From positions 67,272,001-67,336,000 of the forward strand of contig CM052817.1 in assembly GCA_028534125.1 (NCBI GenBank): a stretch of 64,000 bases of DNA. The letters are read 5' to 3'. Positions within the stretch are counted from its first letter, which is position 1; each line of letters opens with the position of its first letter. The notes beneath the pieces are model-generated. The model was not told where the DNA came from and did no database searches. It saw nothing but the letters and a program-made list of their open reading frames with translations. The stretch is from Lama glama. Taxonomy: Eukaryota. Shown here in pieces: positions 39,760 to 53,211 of this stretch. Made by a program: the position numbers and the translations under genes.

Positions 39760-40010
39760 CTCCTCGCAGCGAACCCTGCTAAATATATTATTCCCACGGG
39801 GGCTTTCACTGCTGCTTGGTGTCAGAAATCAATATGTATGAGGCGCGTGGATGGGAATTTCTAATAGATCTGCCTGGCCCTGTGCTGCTTTTCAATATCT
39901 GCCTTGGACTATTAGTGCCGGCTCGGTGCCTGTGAAATAACCGAGATAATCTTTTAAGGTGCACTGTTAAGGTGGAACCTAAATGTTGCTGTTTCAATTA
40001 AAACAAAAAT
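39760..40010. promoter_or_regulatory. Candidate conserved non-coding element
   Basis: CpG-retaining unique sequence; TTCCCACG at 39791, aatcaat, gataatc. Confidence 0.45.
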
Positions 40011-42042
40011 TATATTCATAAATCAGTCAGGTCTGGGGAACCTTGTATAGTCACTCCAGATGGCTGATTAGAAACAAGATGGAATTTAAAGTTTTAAGGA
40101 GTGAAATGTTATTTTTAACTTTTATTTCAAGTTAGAGGAAGGTATTGTATTTTAAGGCGAAGGATGTGTTACTTGGGGAAGGGCATCAATTAGAAATGAA
40201 ATGAGCAAACTCAGAGTTCTATCACCAAATGATGTTCATTTCATTTGACTAGGGTATGTAAAAGAGGAAAAAAGAGTCAGGATCTATGGAAAACAGAGTC
40301 CTTTTCCCCACGTTAGATGAGAACACCTTTGTATATGGTCCTTTTTCATATAATTTATTCACGTTAAAATTGTTGCACGAGTGATTTGTTTTTCTTTTTT
40401 TGATAACTCCACAAATTAATTTTGTCACCATCATGCAATTATACCATTTCATGATTTGTTCTTGTATCTGTCTGGTTATTTGGGGCTAAACGTGGGCAAG
40501 AAAGTGGTTCATTAACGTTCCACGTTACCACCCTCACTGATGACTGTGCCCCTTCTCAGGCAGCCCAGGGCGGAGTGCCCTGCAGAGAGACTTAGGTCTG
40601 CCCTGTGCGCCAGTCTCCGGGTTGTTTCCTCTTTGTTTTCAGGTTAGTGCTCGCACCCAGCTGTTCCAGCACAGTGCACGGAGGGGCAGGTCACAGAAAC
40701 AACTGGCTGAGGTGCTCCGTCATTACTAGGGGTGGCATTCTCACGATCAGCATGAATGGGGAAGAGGCAGATGGCCTGCAACCCACACATACACTCATCA
40801 GGCTTTTCACACAGCCAGGCTGGGTTCAAATCCCTGCAGGTGTGACAGAAGGGAGGTTCACCCCAGAGGATCGTTTATTTTTTTGGCCACCTTCAGCTCA
40901 GTTGCCTTGGGAGGTTGTCAGCCTACCAAAGGTTGAGGAACTGGCATATAACTCTTCTCTTTTTTTTCCTGCACACTTGACTTAGCACAGTGCAATCTAC
41001 CTGACAACCCTCTGAAACTGCTCCGACTGCTTGTCAGGCCCTCTCTGGCTGGTGTGGGAGGCTGTAGCCCACAATCAGGGAGATGGGGTTGGATGCTGGG
41101 AATACCCTAAAGGAAGCACGGGGCTGGTAACCTCAGGTTACAATAGAGTTGCCTTTAAAAATACCCCAATCTTCTCAGGCTTTGGAGTAATATCAACTCA
41201 GTTGTTTGGAGGAAAAAAGAGAGAGATACTCTTTTTAAGAAATACTGGTTTTTCTACTTATTTACTAAATTTTAGAATAATTTTAGTAGGAATTGAACTC
41301 ATTACACTGTAAATATACTCCTCAGCACAAGTCCCCTAGACATTGTATAAGAAAAGCCCCTTTTGAGGCAGTCTGTCTTGCGTGCTTGTTCTGTTTTAGA
41401 GATGCCAACCACAGATATGTTTTTAGGTGACCTGGGACAGCACTTGAGAATCATTGGAATTTAAAAAAAAGCTAAAAGCCCAAGAAACCAAAACGCTCTT
41501 TGACTCCTTTGTTGAGGACATGGAATTCCATGGACAAACTTTATTTAAAATATCACCAAACCCCACAAATAAAATGTAAACGTTTATAAAATGTACCACT
41601 GGAGTCATTTCTTTCTCCTCGGTCCTCCAGTGTGGAGAAAACAAGCCAGCTAGCTCAATTTTCAGCTGGATATACCGCGCAAACAGTTATGATCTGACAT
41701 GAGAAATCCCCAGCAGTCTAATGTCTCAAAGTTCCTCCCTCTCTCAACCCTTCAATTAGAGATTTGTGAAAACAAACAATCTATGTGTTTTCCGCATCTC
41801 CCAGGGAGGTGTAATGTTGTGAAGCAGGGGCTATAAGCTTTCAGCAATCGTAAGGGGAATTATAATGGAGCTTTATTAATGAGGACTTCTAACAAAAAAA
41901 AATTTTTTTAAACAAGGTGGGGAGGGGGAAAGAAACAGCCAAGCAGGAATGTTAAACTGTGTGCTTCTAAACTGGCTGAATAGGTGTAACTGTTCTTAAG
42001 AAAATTCACTGAAAATAAAGTCAGGGTAAAAAGGATATATTT

Positions 42043-42258
42043 AAAAAATTTGTTTTATTTTCATGCACTTTTTTAAAGTTACTTTCCATTTACAGTTATC
42101 ACAAAATATTGGCTGTATTTCCCGTGTTGTACAATATAGCCTTGTCGTTTGTCTTACGCCCAACAGTCCGTACCTCCCATTCCCCAACCCCCACGTAGCC
42201 CCTCCCCCGTCCCTGCTAGTAACCACTAGTTTGTTCTCTGTATCTGTGAGTCCGCTTC
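42043..42258 (-). mobile_element. 5'-truncated artiodactyl-type L1 3' fragment
   Basis: aaaatattggctgtatttcccgtgttgtacaata..gtaaccactagtttgttctctgtatctgtgagtc. Flanking repeat aaaggata at ~42030 and ~42261. CpGs retained. Confidence 0.85.
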
Positions 42259-43461
42259 AGAAAGGATACTTTTTGAAGGTGACTTCTTATCAACATATTG
42301 GCTTCTAAGCCTAAACCAAGCAAAACACATAGTAAAATGACAGCAATAACAAAATATTTGATAAAAATGAGCACAGGTACAAAAATGTTTATGACTAGAA
42401 GGAAAAATGAGAACTTTTTGTTTAATATTCTTACCTTCACAGTTAGAAAAAATACACTGTTGATAAATTTTCATCACTTTTTTGGCATTTCTTTTTTGAT
42501 AGTGTCACCACAATGATATCTAACACGGACTCCCTGAAGAATTACACCGTTTAACATCTTTCTCCTCATTACGTATTAACTGCTTCTACAAAAGCTAGAG
42601 CACTACGAGAAATTGCTATTGAAATTTCTCATGGATCTGTCCATCTAGCCAAAAAAATTGAGAACTTTTCCTTTGTTAATAGATTCTCCAACATAGCAGT
42701 TAAAATAACCAAATTTTTATTTTGCACTCAACATCATTGCTGTAAACTTCACCACCCAGCCAAATAAGGTTGATGCGCATTCAACCATTTCTGCTCCTAC
42801 CTGGGATTAGAGATCATTCAAAACCTAGCATCAAACTACTAAGTGGGAGGACTCTGAGGTTGCATCATGAAAGGGAAGCTTCATAGCTTGACATTTTGTG
42901 CAGATCCAAAAGGGAAAGGCTTTGTTCCACAAGTTCTGTGCCCTTTCTTCCAATGAGATAGGAATATCTGATGCAGAGATTTAAAATGCAATGTTATTTA
43001 TTTCTGTCTAAATTAGTTCTCTTCTTTGTTGTTCATTTCTTTTCTCTTTATCTCAATATTTTGGCCCATAAGAATATAGTGTTTGATTAAATAGATGACA
43101 AATACAAAGAAGAAGGAAAAAGCAGAAGAAAGGAAAGAATAAGGTAAATGAATTCCTTATGAAATTATAAACTTGAGGGCTTTGAGCCCCTGATCTTCCT
43201 TTACACTTCCATGGATCCAACTAGAGAGCATTAACTGGGTGTCTTTACGTCTTAGCCAGTGTGACAGGCTCTACTAACAGAAGAACTAATGGGATTCAGT
43301 GCCCACATAGTGTTTATATTCTAATAGAAGAGAATGACCTGCAAATAGTATTTAAAATATAATATAGGAAGTTCAGTGTATCCTCTAGTTCTATGATGTC
43401 TCCTTTTCAGTCCATTTGACTCACTGATAGCTCCAATGCACAGTCTTGCTCTAACACATAA

Positions 43462-44067
43462 TTAGTCAGTCAGTCGATGTCCCATCAGGAAAAAAAAAGA
43501 AGCCTTTCAAGATATTTCCAGGAAAGGGGAATTTAATGTCAAGAACTCCTTACCAGGGAGTTTGAAGAGCTATAGGAGCTAAAAGAAGAAAGGTGGGGCT
43601 GGTGATACGATACAGAGAAGAGCATTACCCAGAGAGCAGGGACTTGCCCCCGCCCCAAGGCTGAAGCCAGGAGCCTGTACTCACTACTGCTCTGACACTG
43701 TTGGAACGGCAGCACATCCGAGGAAGGAGACCCAGGAGCATATACTCGTGCTGGCCCCTCTGGATCTGGAGGTGCTGCTGCTTCTGCTGTTAGGAAGGCA
43801 TCGCCTGAGCAAAAGCTCGTCCCACGTGCCTGCTGCTGGCCACCGTGGAAGGCATCTCCTGCAGCTGGGATGGGTGGGGGCAGGCTTCCTTTTGCCTTTT
43901 GTTTTTCAAACTCCTACTAATTCCTCCCATTGGCAGAACCTAACTAAAAGCCAGCTGATGACAGAGTCTAGAAAAGTAGTTCACAGGCTTTCAGCCTGCG
44001 GGGATACAAAGGAGAACAATGAAGGGTGGAAATGGATCTGAGAGACAATAGACAAACAACCAGCACA
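43462..44067 (-). mobile_element. Old ERVL-type solo LTR (LTR33/LTR41-like)
   Basis: Minus strand begins tgtgctggttgtttgtctattgtctctcagatcc..ccacccttc..gttaggttctgccaatgggagg. Confidence 0.7.
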
Positions 44068-44297
44068 GTAGCTTTTCAGATAGCGTTTGTTGAAGAACAA
44101 TAGAGGTATATAAAACGTACAAATGTGGTAGGGAAAGGACTGGGGACTCAGCTTAGAATCATGTTTAACACTGGTGATTTCCAAATGTTTTTGGCAGCAA
44201 AACCAGTATATTTAAGAAGCACTCATTAAATGACCAAAGCGGGCATGTACATTTTAAGTCTATATGTGCTATATAATACAAGAGACAAGTTACAAAG

Positions 44298-44535
44298 AGG
44301 TTGTTAATAGATTCACATTACTATATATAAAACAACAAGGACCTACTGTATAGTACAGGGAGCTTAGTCAATTTCTTGTAATGAGCCGTAATGAAAAAGA
44401 AACTAAATTTTTATATATATATACATATATATATAAAATATTTATATTTATATATTCAGATATATATATATGAACCGCTTTGCTGTACAATTGAAACTAA
44501 CATTATAAATCGACTATACCTCAATTTAGAAAAAG
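44298..44535 (+). mobile_element. Artiodactyl-type L1 3' end with an internal (TA)n expansion
   Basis: acaacaaggacctactgtatagtacaggg..ctttgctgtacaattgaaactaaca..aaatcgactatacctcaat. Confidence 0.85.
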
Positions 44536-44599
44536 GGGGAGAGAATAACCAAAGAAGGAGTAGTAGGGAGTGAAGGGAGGGCAGAAGGAGGAAGCACAC

Positions 44600-44868
44600 T
44601 GCTATGGTTTGAATGCTTGTGTCCCCCAAAATTCATATGTTGAAACCTAACCCCCAAGGGTGATGGGATAGATGGTGGGGTCTTTGGGAGGTGACTAGGT
44701 CATGATGGGGGAACATCAGCTTCTGCTACATGAGGACAAAGCAAGAAGCTGCCCACTATGGACCAGGAAGAGGGCTCTTACCAGAATGTGACTATGTGGA
44801 CACCTTGATCTTGGACTTTCTAACCTCCAGAACTATGAGAAACAAATTTTTGTTGTTGATAAGCCACC
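44600..44868 (+). mobile_element. MLT1A-like MaLR LTR, internally deleted
   Basis: tgctatggtttgaatgcttgtgtcccccaaaattcatatgttgaa..caccttgatcttggactt..cctccagaactatgaga..ataagccaccc. Confidence 0.88.
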
Positions 44869-45289
44869 CTCCCAAAAAAAGTTGTTGAGAATAAAGCTGC
44901 TTTGAGCAATGAAAACTTTTCATGTTAAGGATTCCACTTGCAAGTCAGGCTCCATAAAATTCCGACTGAATCTTAGGAGGTTTCCTGCAGCACTTAAACA
45001 GAAGCCTAGAGTTTCAAGGAACACTTTAAAATTTCTGTTCTAATCAAAATACACTTGATATTCTCAAATTATAACAGTCATCAAAAAGTCCACAGCAATA
45101 ACAGTATTTATAGCAAAACTTAATTCCAATAAGTCATCATAACAAATATATATACACATGCCCAGGTACTATTTAGTTTACCAAAACTTAATGACTGCAT
45201 ACAGTAAAAACTTTGAAACACGAAGCCCACAATAGGCAGCCAATAAATTCTATTTATCTGTAACATTTAGGATACTTCATCTCCCTTTA

Positions 45290-45620
45290 TAGGATCTGAT
45301 AAAATAAAGTCCAGCTTTGCCCATATCACTCCTCTGCTCAAATAATTTCAATATTTCCCCACAGCACACAAGATAAAGCAATAAATGCCCAGCTGGCCCA
45401 CAATTCAAAAACTTCTACTGTCTGCAATATAACTAATATTCCAACCCTATCTTTCAAGATTTATTTACATGAATCCTCTGCTCCAATTCATTGGTCCCTC
45501 CACATTATTCACATGTTTCTGCCTTTTCACCTTCAATCAAATCATTCCCTTTATCAAATTGTTCCTCTTCTCCTATTTCCACATCCTCCAATATCCATAC
45601 CTAAATATACCGCAGTGCCC
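45290..45620 (+). mobile_element. Degraded L2 fragment
   Basis: atcactcctctgctcaaata..ttccccacagc. Confidence 0.55.
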
Positions 45621-46599
45621 TTCACTGGAATTTCTCATCCAGTGTGAGCGTATGTGTATGTGTGTTTTGGAAAATGTTCAGTTGAATTTAAGAGCACTGT
45701 TTACCAAAATTCAAATTCAAGTCAACTTAAAAAAAACAATACAGACTCACACAAGAGATGATAAACGCATGAAGCCATGAAGGCAATTAGAGCATATATT
45801 TTACTCACAAGCACTTATTACATAGTTTAGTACTCAGTATTTGAATTAATAACACGAAAAAAATTCATTAACTTCCAGACAGTCTAAAATTTGTAACTCG
45901 TAATTTCGATACATAGGTGGGGCTCTCCCTCATCACGGATGGACATCAAAAACGAATCAAAGTACTTTTTTTTCTTACTGAACTCAAGATTACTTTCAAA
46001 ATCCTTCTCCACACAGCACTGCAAGCAGCCGTTATTCATCATTAGAATGCGATAGGAGATAATTATTTGGTATCTATTGACACTAAATTGGTCTTTAGAA
46101 TATAGCAATTAGTGTTTTCATTTAATACTTAATGTTAATTTAACATTTGCCCACCAACTGGACTATAACTCCCGTGACGACAGGGACTAAACACGTCTCC
46201 GCAGCCTACGCAGGGCCCTACACAAACTAGGTGATAAATAAATATTTGTTTTAAATGATGAAATCCATGCAGAAGCAGAAAGCTGTAGTTCCAGGGTATT
46301 CTGATTCATTTCTACAATGCAACCATACCAATGAGTGTGCTCCAGGGAGGATACAAAATTACAATAGAACGTGTTCCCATTACTGAATGTCTGGCCTCTA
46401 TAGAGCATGCTCAGGAGAAATTCCTGACACGAATTTCCCGAGGATCACAGTCAGATACAACCCCACTCGAAATGGTGGTGAGCTCTCCTGCTGCCCCCTC
46501 TTCTTCACCTCTGAGTTATTCAGCAATTTAAGATTCTTTCCATTTGCCAAATACAACAGAGAAAAGACGTTCCAGCATTCTTTGTGTGAAAGGCTCCAC

Positions 46600-46960
46600 A
46601 CACACACTGCAGTCTTGCAAATGATGATGTGATCAGCTCTTCTAATGCCATATAAAAATAAGCGTCCATCAAATGAAGCTATAACTAAATATTAATAAAA
46701 TCAGCGAGGTGAGGGAGAGTGATATGAACTTTTACTGTCTTTTACTCACAAAAGTCAGAGGTAGGATTGAGTCTGAATGATACAAACCCAGTTATATTAT
46801 CACCAAACAAAACATTATTATTTCGCTTTGCAGCGAGGACTTCCCCATTTTTCCAGGAGCCACAAGACAACAGCAGCTGCGCTATGATTGAAGCACTCTC
46901 TTCCGTGTGGACTGAAAATGGTGTAACTCTTTTCAAAAGGAAAAATCCTTCTTTTTAATC
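46600..46960. promoter_or_regulatory. Candidate conserved non-coding element
   Basis: ctaatgccatataaaaataag, ccatcaaatg, aatattaataaaatc, cagcagctgcg; unique and CpG-retaining. Confidence 0.45.
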
Positions 46961-49279
46961 ATCTTTCCAGTCTGCTTCTAAAAAAAAAAAATACCTGGAG
47001 GAAAGGGGCTGACTTACAAAGTGTGGAACAGCCCCTTTCGCCCATATCCTTTCCTTCATAAAAATAATGAGTTTGAGAGCAGTTAAAGTAGCAAGATGAA
47101 TCCAGCCAAGATCCTTCCAGAAAACTCTCATTCATCACGGTTTGCTTCTTTGTCATATCTCCGTGTAGCTAGATAATCCCCTTCTCATTTGGTTCAGAGA
47201 GCTTTATACACACTACCTCATTAATTTCACAAGTTATGTGAGCTGGATGAAGGCGCAGAAACCTACACAAGACCTGGGAACTGGTTGCCAAGGGTCAAGT
47301 GATGCACCAAACACCCAGGTGCCACTTACACAACTGAGTTCATAAACCAGGAATTGTGTTTCTTTTTCTCTGTTAATGAGTCTGTGGGTCCTCATAACAA
47401 TGTTGTAGACAGTCAAAATTAGGAAGAAAATGGACTAATTATCTAGGAATGATCTTAGTATGTGTACCATCCCTCTGGATAATTAATTCCAGCAAAAATA
47501 ATCTGAATTAACTAGTTACTCTGGATGAGCTCTGTACCAAATAAAGTGAGATTAGTAGCAACAAGTAAACATTATCCAAACTGGCTATTTACCTACATAA
47601 ATTTACCAGGTAACTGCTCAGTCCTTGGGCTTACTTCTGTTGGATGAACATAGACTTTCAAGGTGTACTTTCATTTGTAATTAATTTCTACACTTGATAA
47701 AGACTCTTTTCTTCAAAAATCTGACCCACAGAACGTGAGCAGGAATGATATGTCTCTTCTGAGTCAGACTGGTTAAGACATGGGTACGTCTTTCTGCATC
47801 TGCCTGCCGAAGAGAGAGGACTTTGAGGAAGATTGCCCCCCACATAAAGAACCCTGGGGATGGATTAGAATTTGTGGTTTATCTCTAACAGCAGTTAGTA
47901 TCCCCTTAGTTTCTACGTGATCCTGCAGCCCGACCCCAGCTGCCTCCTCCTCCTGGAATGTTTCAAGTGTTTACTCAGTTCTGGGTTTGGTACTTGCTGT
48001 TGAAAGTCTAGAATTCTCTGTCTTCCCTGTTCTTATCATTTCTCACTGCTGATCACCTGTCAGATTATGCTCCACTTCTTCTGAAAGCCACCCTTCTCCA
48101 AAGCCAAATCTGTCTAGGTTTCAGAACACCTTGTGCCGACCTTATTTCAGCACGTACTACGCACACTGTTACAACTGCCTGTTTCTCTCTCTATCCCGCT
48201 AGACCTACCTTCTCCTATTTTTTCAAAGAGGGAAAATTTCCTGCCTTTACTCTAGTAATCCTTTGTATTTAAGGAGGTTGAGATATCATTTAAACTGTGT
48301 TAGTATTTTTGTTAGGATCATTAGTGGTTTTTGTTAATGCATTCATTACACGCTTTCAAAGTTTCATTGTTTCACGAAACTATAAAAGTTTTAAGTGGTC
48401 TACCCCAAGCCAATGCTCTTCTTCTGTAAATGTTACAGGACACGAGAGTTTTCAAAAACCTATATGTTACATTATAGAAGGAACTCCTCTACCTCCTTGG
48501 GCGATCTTCCTCCTCCTTCTGAAACTGCATCTATGGAGTTTCTTCTGGAAATTAACAGATGCCTCTTCTCACCATACCCCAAACCTTGGGCACATCATTT
48601 AGTTCCATCTGTGTACAGAAAACCTGTCCAAATCTACTTGTCTAACTGTGAGCTTGGCCTCTCCACCCAACTTGGTGGGAGTTTTCTGTATAAGGCATTT
48701 CAAACTGTATGTCCTGTCATGAATGGAAATGAAATGTGGAGAAGACAATTCAGCTTATCATCTTGCAGTGACAGAGCTCTGAGCCTGGTTTCTTTGTCAC
48801 ATTGGGTAATGCCACTATATCAGCAGCCAGCCACGCAGGAAATCTTGGAGTGATTGTCAACTCATCACTGTCCTTTGTTCCATACATCCATTTACTTCAA
48901 CTCTGGCTGTAATTACACTTATACTTTCCAAGCATGGTCCTTCTTCTTGATGTTTTCACTTCATCCCCTTCTTAAAATGTTTCCTATTAAAATGCTCTCA
49001 TCGTCAGACTTTGTCTCCAGTTACAGTGTAACACAGAAAATTAAATGAGTTCTGGGCCAGGCAAACCGGCATCAAAACTTCACTTTGTGGGAGGGACCTG
49101 TGGCAGATTATCCAACCTGTCTGAACCACCATGTGTTCATGTGCAAAATGAGAATAATCATGCTTATTGTGCACAACTGTTATGAGATTTGAATAACTAC
49201 ATATAAAATACATGTCAAAAATTCTAAATAATCAGATTAACAACAAATTATTAAACAAGTATTTGCCCCCAGATTTAAG

Positions 49280-49630
49280 GGATTAATAGTATGTTTAAAA
49301 ATATTTTACAAGCTGTTAAGAAATAAATTGAAAGTTTAGGAGAAAAATAGACAAAAGATATGAATTGATACCTAACAAACTAAATATGAGACTAAAATTA
49401 GGGAGAGACTTTAATTATACTAGTAACCAGACAAATGCCAGTGGAAATATCTACGAGTTATTATTTTATCATAAAATTAGTGGATAATTCAATAATGAAA
49501 CCTAATACTGGATGAAGATGTATTAAACAGAGACACTAACTGTAGGTGGTTTAATTGGTAGACACCATCTTGAAATCAGTTTTGCAAATTTATCAGATCC
49601 TTTGCTTTCTTAGAATTTTGACTTAGTAAA
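49280..49630 (+). mobile_element. Very old L1ME-like 3' ORF2 fragment
   Basis: gaaaaatagacaaaagatatgaa..attggtagacaccatcttgaaatcagtttt. Confidence 0.6.
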
Positions 49631-50299
49631 TACCTTTCCAGAAAGCTCATACCATTGGCATTCTCAGAATTCTCCTCTCCTAGGAGAAAACATATATCTT
49701 ATGAAATATAGGATAATCTTGTCCCCCAAGAAATTATGATATATGAGATCATGTAGCTAAAGTAATTCCTTAGCTAGAGCCCTTTGGAAATGAGAGCATT
49801 TTAAATAGACACTTAGCATACCTTGGTCCCACTTTATGTGATAGGTTTACTATACACAAATCAATTAGAATCTAATTGTGAGATATTCATGCATTTATAT
49901 GCATGAAACAAATTCACTTTGTTTAGCAGATAATCAAGAGAATACTGTACAAATATATACTTTAAGCTAGGTAACCAGATGTCTAGCAAAAGGAAAAAAA
50001 AGTCCCTTATGTCTGTACTCATACCTTTTTGCTGCAATATTCTCAAATTTTTAACATCTAGAGTATTTACTGTTCTTTTGCTTTTAAAAAATTTTTTCTT
50101 GTTCAGTAATTTTTAAAATTTCAGGTAATTATTTTTGAACCTATCTCTTTTCCTGAGGTAGCCCCATTCCAACAAGTGTTTGAGTCCACCACCAATTTAA
50201 TCCATCGAATGTCCTCATTTTTACTACTCGTGACCCTGTCCTATTCTCTTTTCCCTTAACTGTCTGAGACTCCAGGTTACATCACTAGAATCACTACAT

Positions 50300-51062
50300 C
50301 ACATAAACAGAGTTCCCTTGCCCCTTCTGTCTCCTCACAGTCTTTCTTCAGTCTCTCTTGCTAAGTCTAACTCTTTTTTCCTTCACCTCCATTTCCAATA
50401 TATGGACACATTTTATCAGTTTTACCTTTTAAGATCTCCGGATATTATTATTGCTTTAATCAGTCTCTTGCCTCTTCCCCTGTTTCTTTGTTCTTCTCCA
50501 TGTCTCCAGTCTTACTCGCTTTCAAATGAGTTTCACTGTCACCAAAGTGCTCTGTTTAAAGACAAACCTTATTTTTCCACTTGTTTAGGATACAAACATC
50601 TGTGGCTCCCCATGACCTATGGAATGAAGTCCAAATTCTTCAATATGGTATATTCGACCCTCTAGATCTTCACGCTTGACTGGACTTACATTCTCCTTCT
50701 CCCTGTAAGCTCTGGCTCATATGAGTTTGAAGTAGTCTACACTCACAGTAACGTTCCAGGCTTTCTTGCTTCACCAGTTCTGGCCTTTCACCAAAGATGG
50801 CCTTTCTGCCCCCGTCCCAGCCCAATCCTTTCATCAAACCGTTGATAACTGGTCCGTCATTCCAAGCATGACTCCAAGAAGCCCTCTCTGATACCCTCTT
50901 CTGAGCTGGAACAAGGCACTTTCTCTGGTATGACTCCCCTGTACCTTATGTCTGCTGCTATCACGTGTCCTATAACCCATTTCATTTACTGGTTTACATG
51001 ATTGACTCCTTTTCTCTACTTAAGGGCAACGAGTATATCTAGTTTCTCGTGGTGCACTCCAG
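50300..51062 (+). mobile_element. Degraded L2 fragment
   Basis: tggctccccatgacctatggaatgaagtccaaattctt..aagccctctctga. Confidence 0.65.
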
Positions 51063-51065
51063 GTC

Positions 51066-51534
51066 TGTATCAGTCAGTTCAGAAGGCAGATGCCACACTC
51101 AGAGTTTGTAATTTGAGGAGTGTTCAGTAATGAGACTTATTTCAAGGAGTGTGGCAGAAACTGGGGAGACCAATAATGGATGTCAGAACTTGAAAGTTAA
51201 CACAGTGGAAAGTCTTACTGAAGGAGAAGAGGACGGAGTAATTACAGAACCCAGAGAGGGTAGTTAATATGTAGAGAGCTTCTGGTGACCCAAAAGCTAT
51301 GGCCTTTTCTACAGGGAGCCCATCAGCCTGAAGCAAACCCCACAGGGAGAGAACCAAGGCCATAAACCCTCCCACTTCAATGTCCTCCTTCCCTGTTAGT
51401 GTCTCCTGTATTCTGCACACAACACACAAGCCAGAGGGAAATGAACCCCACTGATGTAATCCATCTGGTTAGCTTTTGGGGGTGGCAGGTGGGGACAGAG
51501 CCCACTGGAAAAATGAAGGGAAATATATAGTGCA
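51066..51534 (-). mobile_element. LTR33-like ERVL solo LTR
   Basis: tgtatcagtcag..gatgccacactcag..aagccagaggga..ctgatgtaatccat..atatagtgca. Confidence 0.7.
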
Positions 51535-52539
51535 AGGTCTAAAGGGGCTGACAGATCCTCATTGCTTAAAAGGTGTATATTGAGTGAAAATTCATCGACT
51601 GATTTTTCATGTGCCTTTGCAACGTGTACAACCTGGACAGTAAAGAGTTAAACACGAATGCTCTGAAATAGCATTTCTGCCAGCTTTATACAGGATTATG
51701 TTGTGCAGCCACTTAGCTGCTTCAGCAGAGAAATGCTTTAAAGGGAAAGAACAGGAAGCATTGGAGAGAAAGGGTTTGTCAGATTTCCTGGGGGCGGAAC
51801 GTATTCCTGGTGGTGTTACCCAGAAGGTGGTCCTTTCTGACAAAATGGTGATGTTTCTGGAGGATAGATGCGCAAAAATGAGGAAGGCCTGCATACCACC
51901 ACAAATAAACTAGTAGGCAGACAGGACTGATGTCTAAATGAGAACGCCAACAGCACAGGACACAGAGAAGTGAGTGGAGAGAAGCAGCAGCAGCGTGGCT
52001 AGAAAGGGAGGGGGAAATGGAGAAATAAAGTGAGATAATAAGGATTTACTGCAAGGAAAGCAAGCAATAGTATCAATAGAAAAATGAGAAATCTGCGGAA
52101 GGAATCTTTAAATCTCCCATGAAACTCAGAACCACTGTGGGAGCCTGGGAATAGCACGTCTGCCCGCTTGGAAAGATTGTCCAAGAAATGACAGCTTGCT
52201 CAGCCAGCACGACCTGCAAGGCCAATGTAGGCTCTGAAGGAAGACAAGGAAATAAGACCAAAAGATGAGAATATCCGGACCCAGGCCATCCAGATAGAAA
52301 CGAATGCATTCCCAACAGTTATTTAGAGAGATCTTTCATTAACTGCACATGCACAAGTTAATTCTTTGTTAAACTGATGATCACTTTTACACTCTGTCTA
52401 TAAGGAACCAGTTGCAAATGAATCGTTATAGTTGATTACGGTTTTAATGATTTGTTATCAAAATATCCTAGCCAGGTATTGTTTTTGAAAGAAATGCATG
52501 ACTTCATCGATGACAGTAAGGAAAAATTGTATGAGGTAA

Positions 52540-52750
52540 TGTGACACCGTGCTTAAGAATGTGGACTTCACATTGGGCGTATCTTTATGTCAATTCTTGC
52601 TTCTTCAGTAAAATGAGGATAATGTTAGTCCCTCCTTCAGAGGTTTCTTACGAGGATTAGAAGAACTGAGACACTTTTAATTATATAGAGTTAACACATG
52701 TTAACACAATGCCTGACACATATTACGTGTTCAAATCCTAAACTATTATT
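52540..52750 (+). mobile_element. MIR SINE, internally deleted
   Basis: ttaagaatgtggactt..gtaaaatgaggataat..acaatgcctgacacat. Confidence 0.7.
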
Positions 52751-52994
52751 ACCTCTAATGGGGGCTACTTTTCTACTTGATTTGCAAGAGGCTGAAAGGA
52801 AACTTAGAAAAATTGTTGTATTTTGAAGATTGCAAAATATTGCACAAATTTAGATACCATCATTATTACATATAATTATTTATGATATATTTATATAGGG
52901 GAATTGATCTAAAAAGTAGTTTGAAAGTAGTAAGTTGTAGCACATCAAAATTCCACAGCTATATTGTATTGTTGGGTCATCATATTGTGCCATG

Positions 52995-53211
52995 CAGTTG
53001 TCCCTTGGTATCCACAGGGTGTTTGGTTCCAGGACCTGCTGCAGATACCAAAATCCAAGGATGCTCAAGTCCCATAGTCCTTCCTCCTTTTCCACAGTTC
53101 ATCATCCACAGATCCAACCAATCACAGATCGTGTACTACTGTAGTATTTGAGAAAACCCATAAATAAGTACACCTGCGAAGTGCAAACTTGTGTTGTTCA
53201 AGGGTCAACTG
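52995..53211 (+). mobile_element. MER8/MER2-like TcMar-Tigger MITE
   Basis: Terminal inverted repeats cagttgtccct and agggtcaactg; ttggttccaggacc..gataccaaaatcca..ctcaagtccc. Confidence 0.88.

Noticed and set aside
40605..40985. 126-aa ORF
   Set aside because: Non-ATG start, no recognisable homology and no clear exon pair.
47100..47170. Minus-strand LHGDM peptide resembling a DEAD-box helicase motif
   Set aside because: Only five residues match; the flanking sequence does not resemble a helicase.
48395..48853. Longest ORF (152 aa)
   Set aside because: GTG start, no recognisable domain, and a length plausible by chance in 64 kb across six frames.
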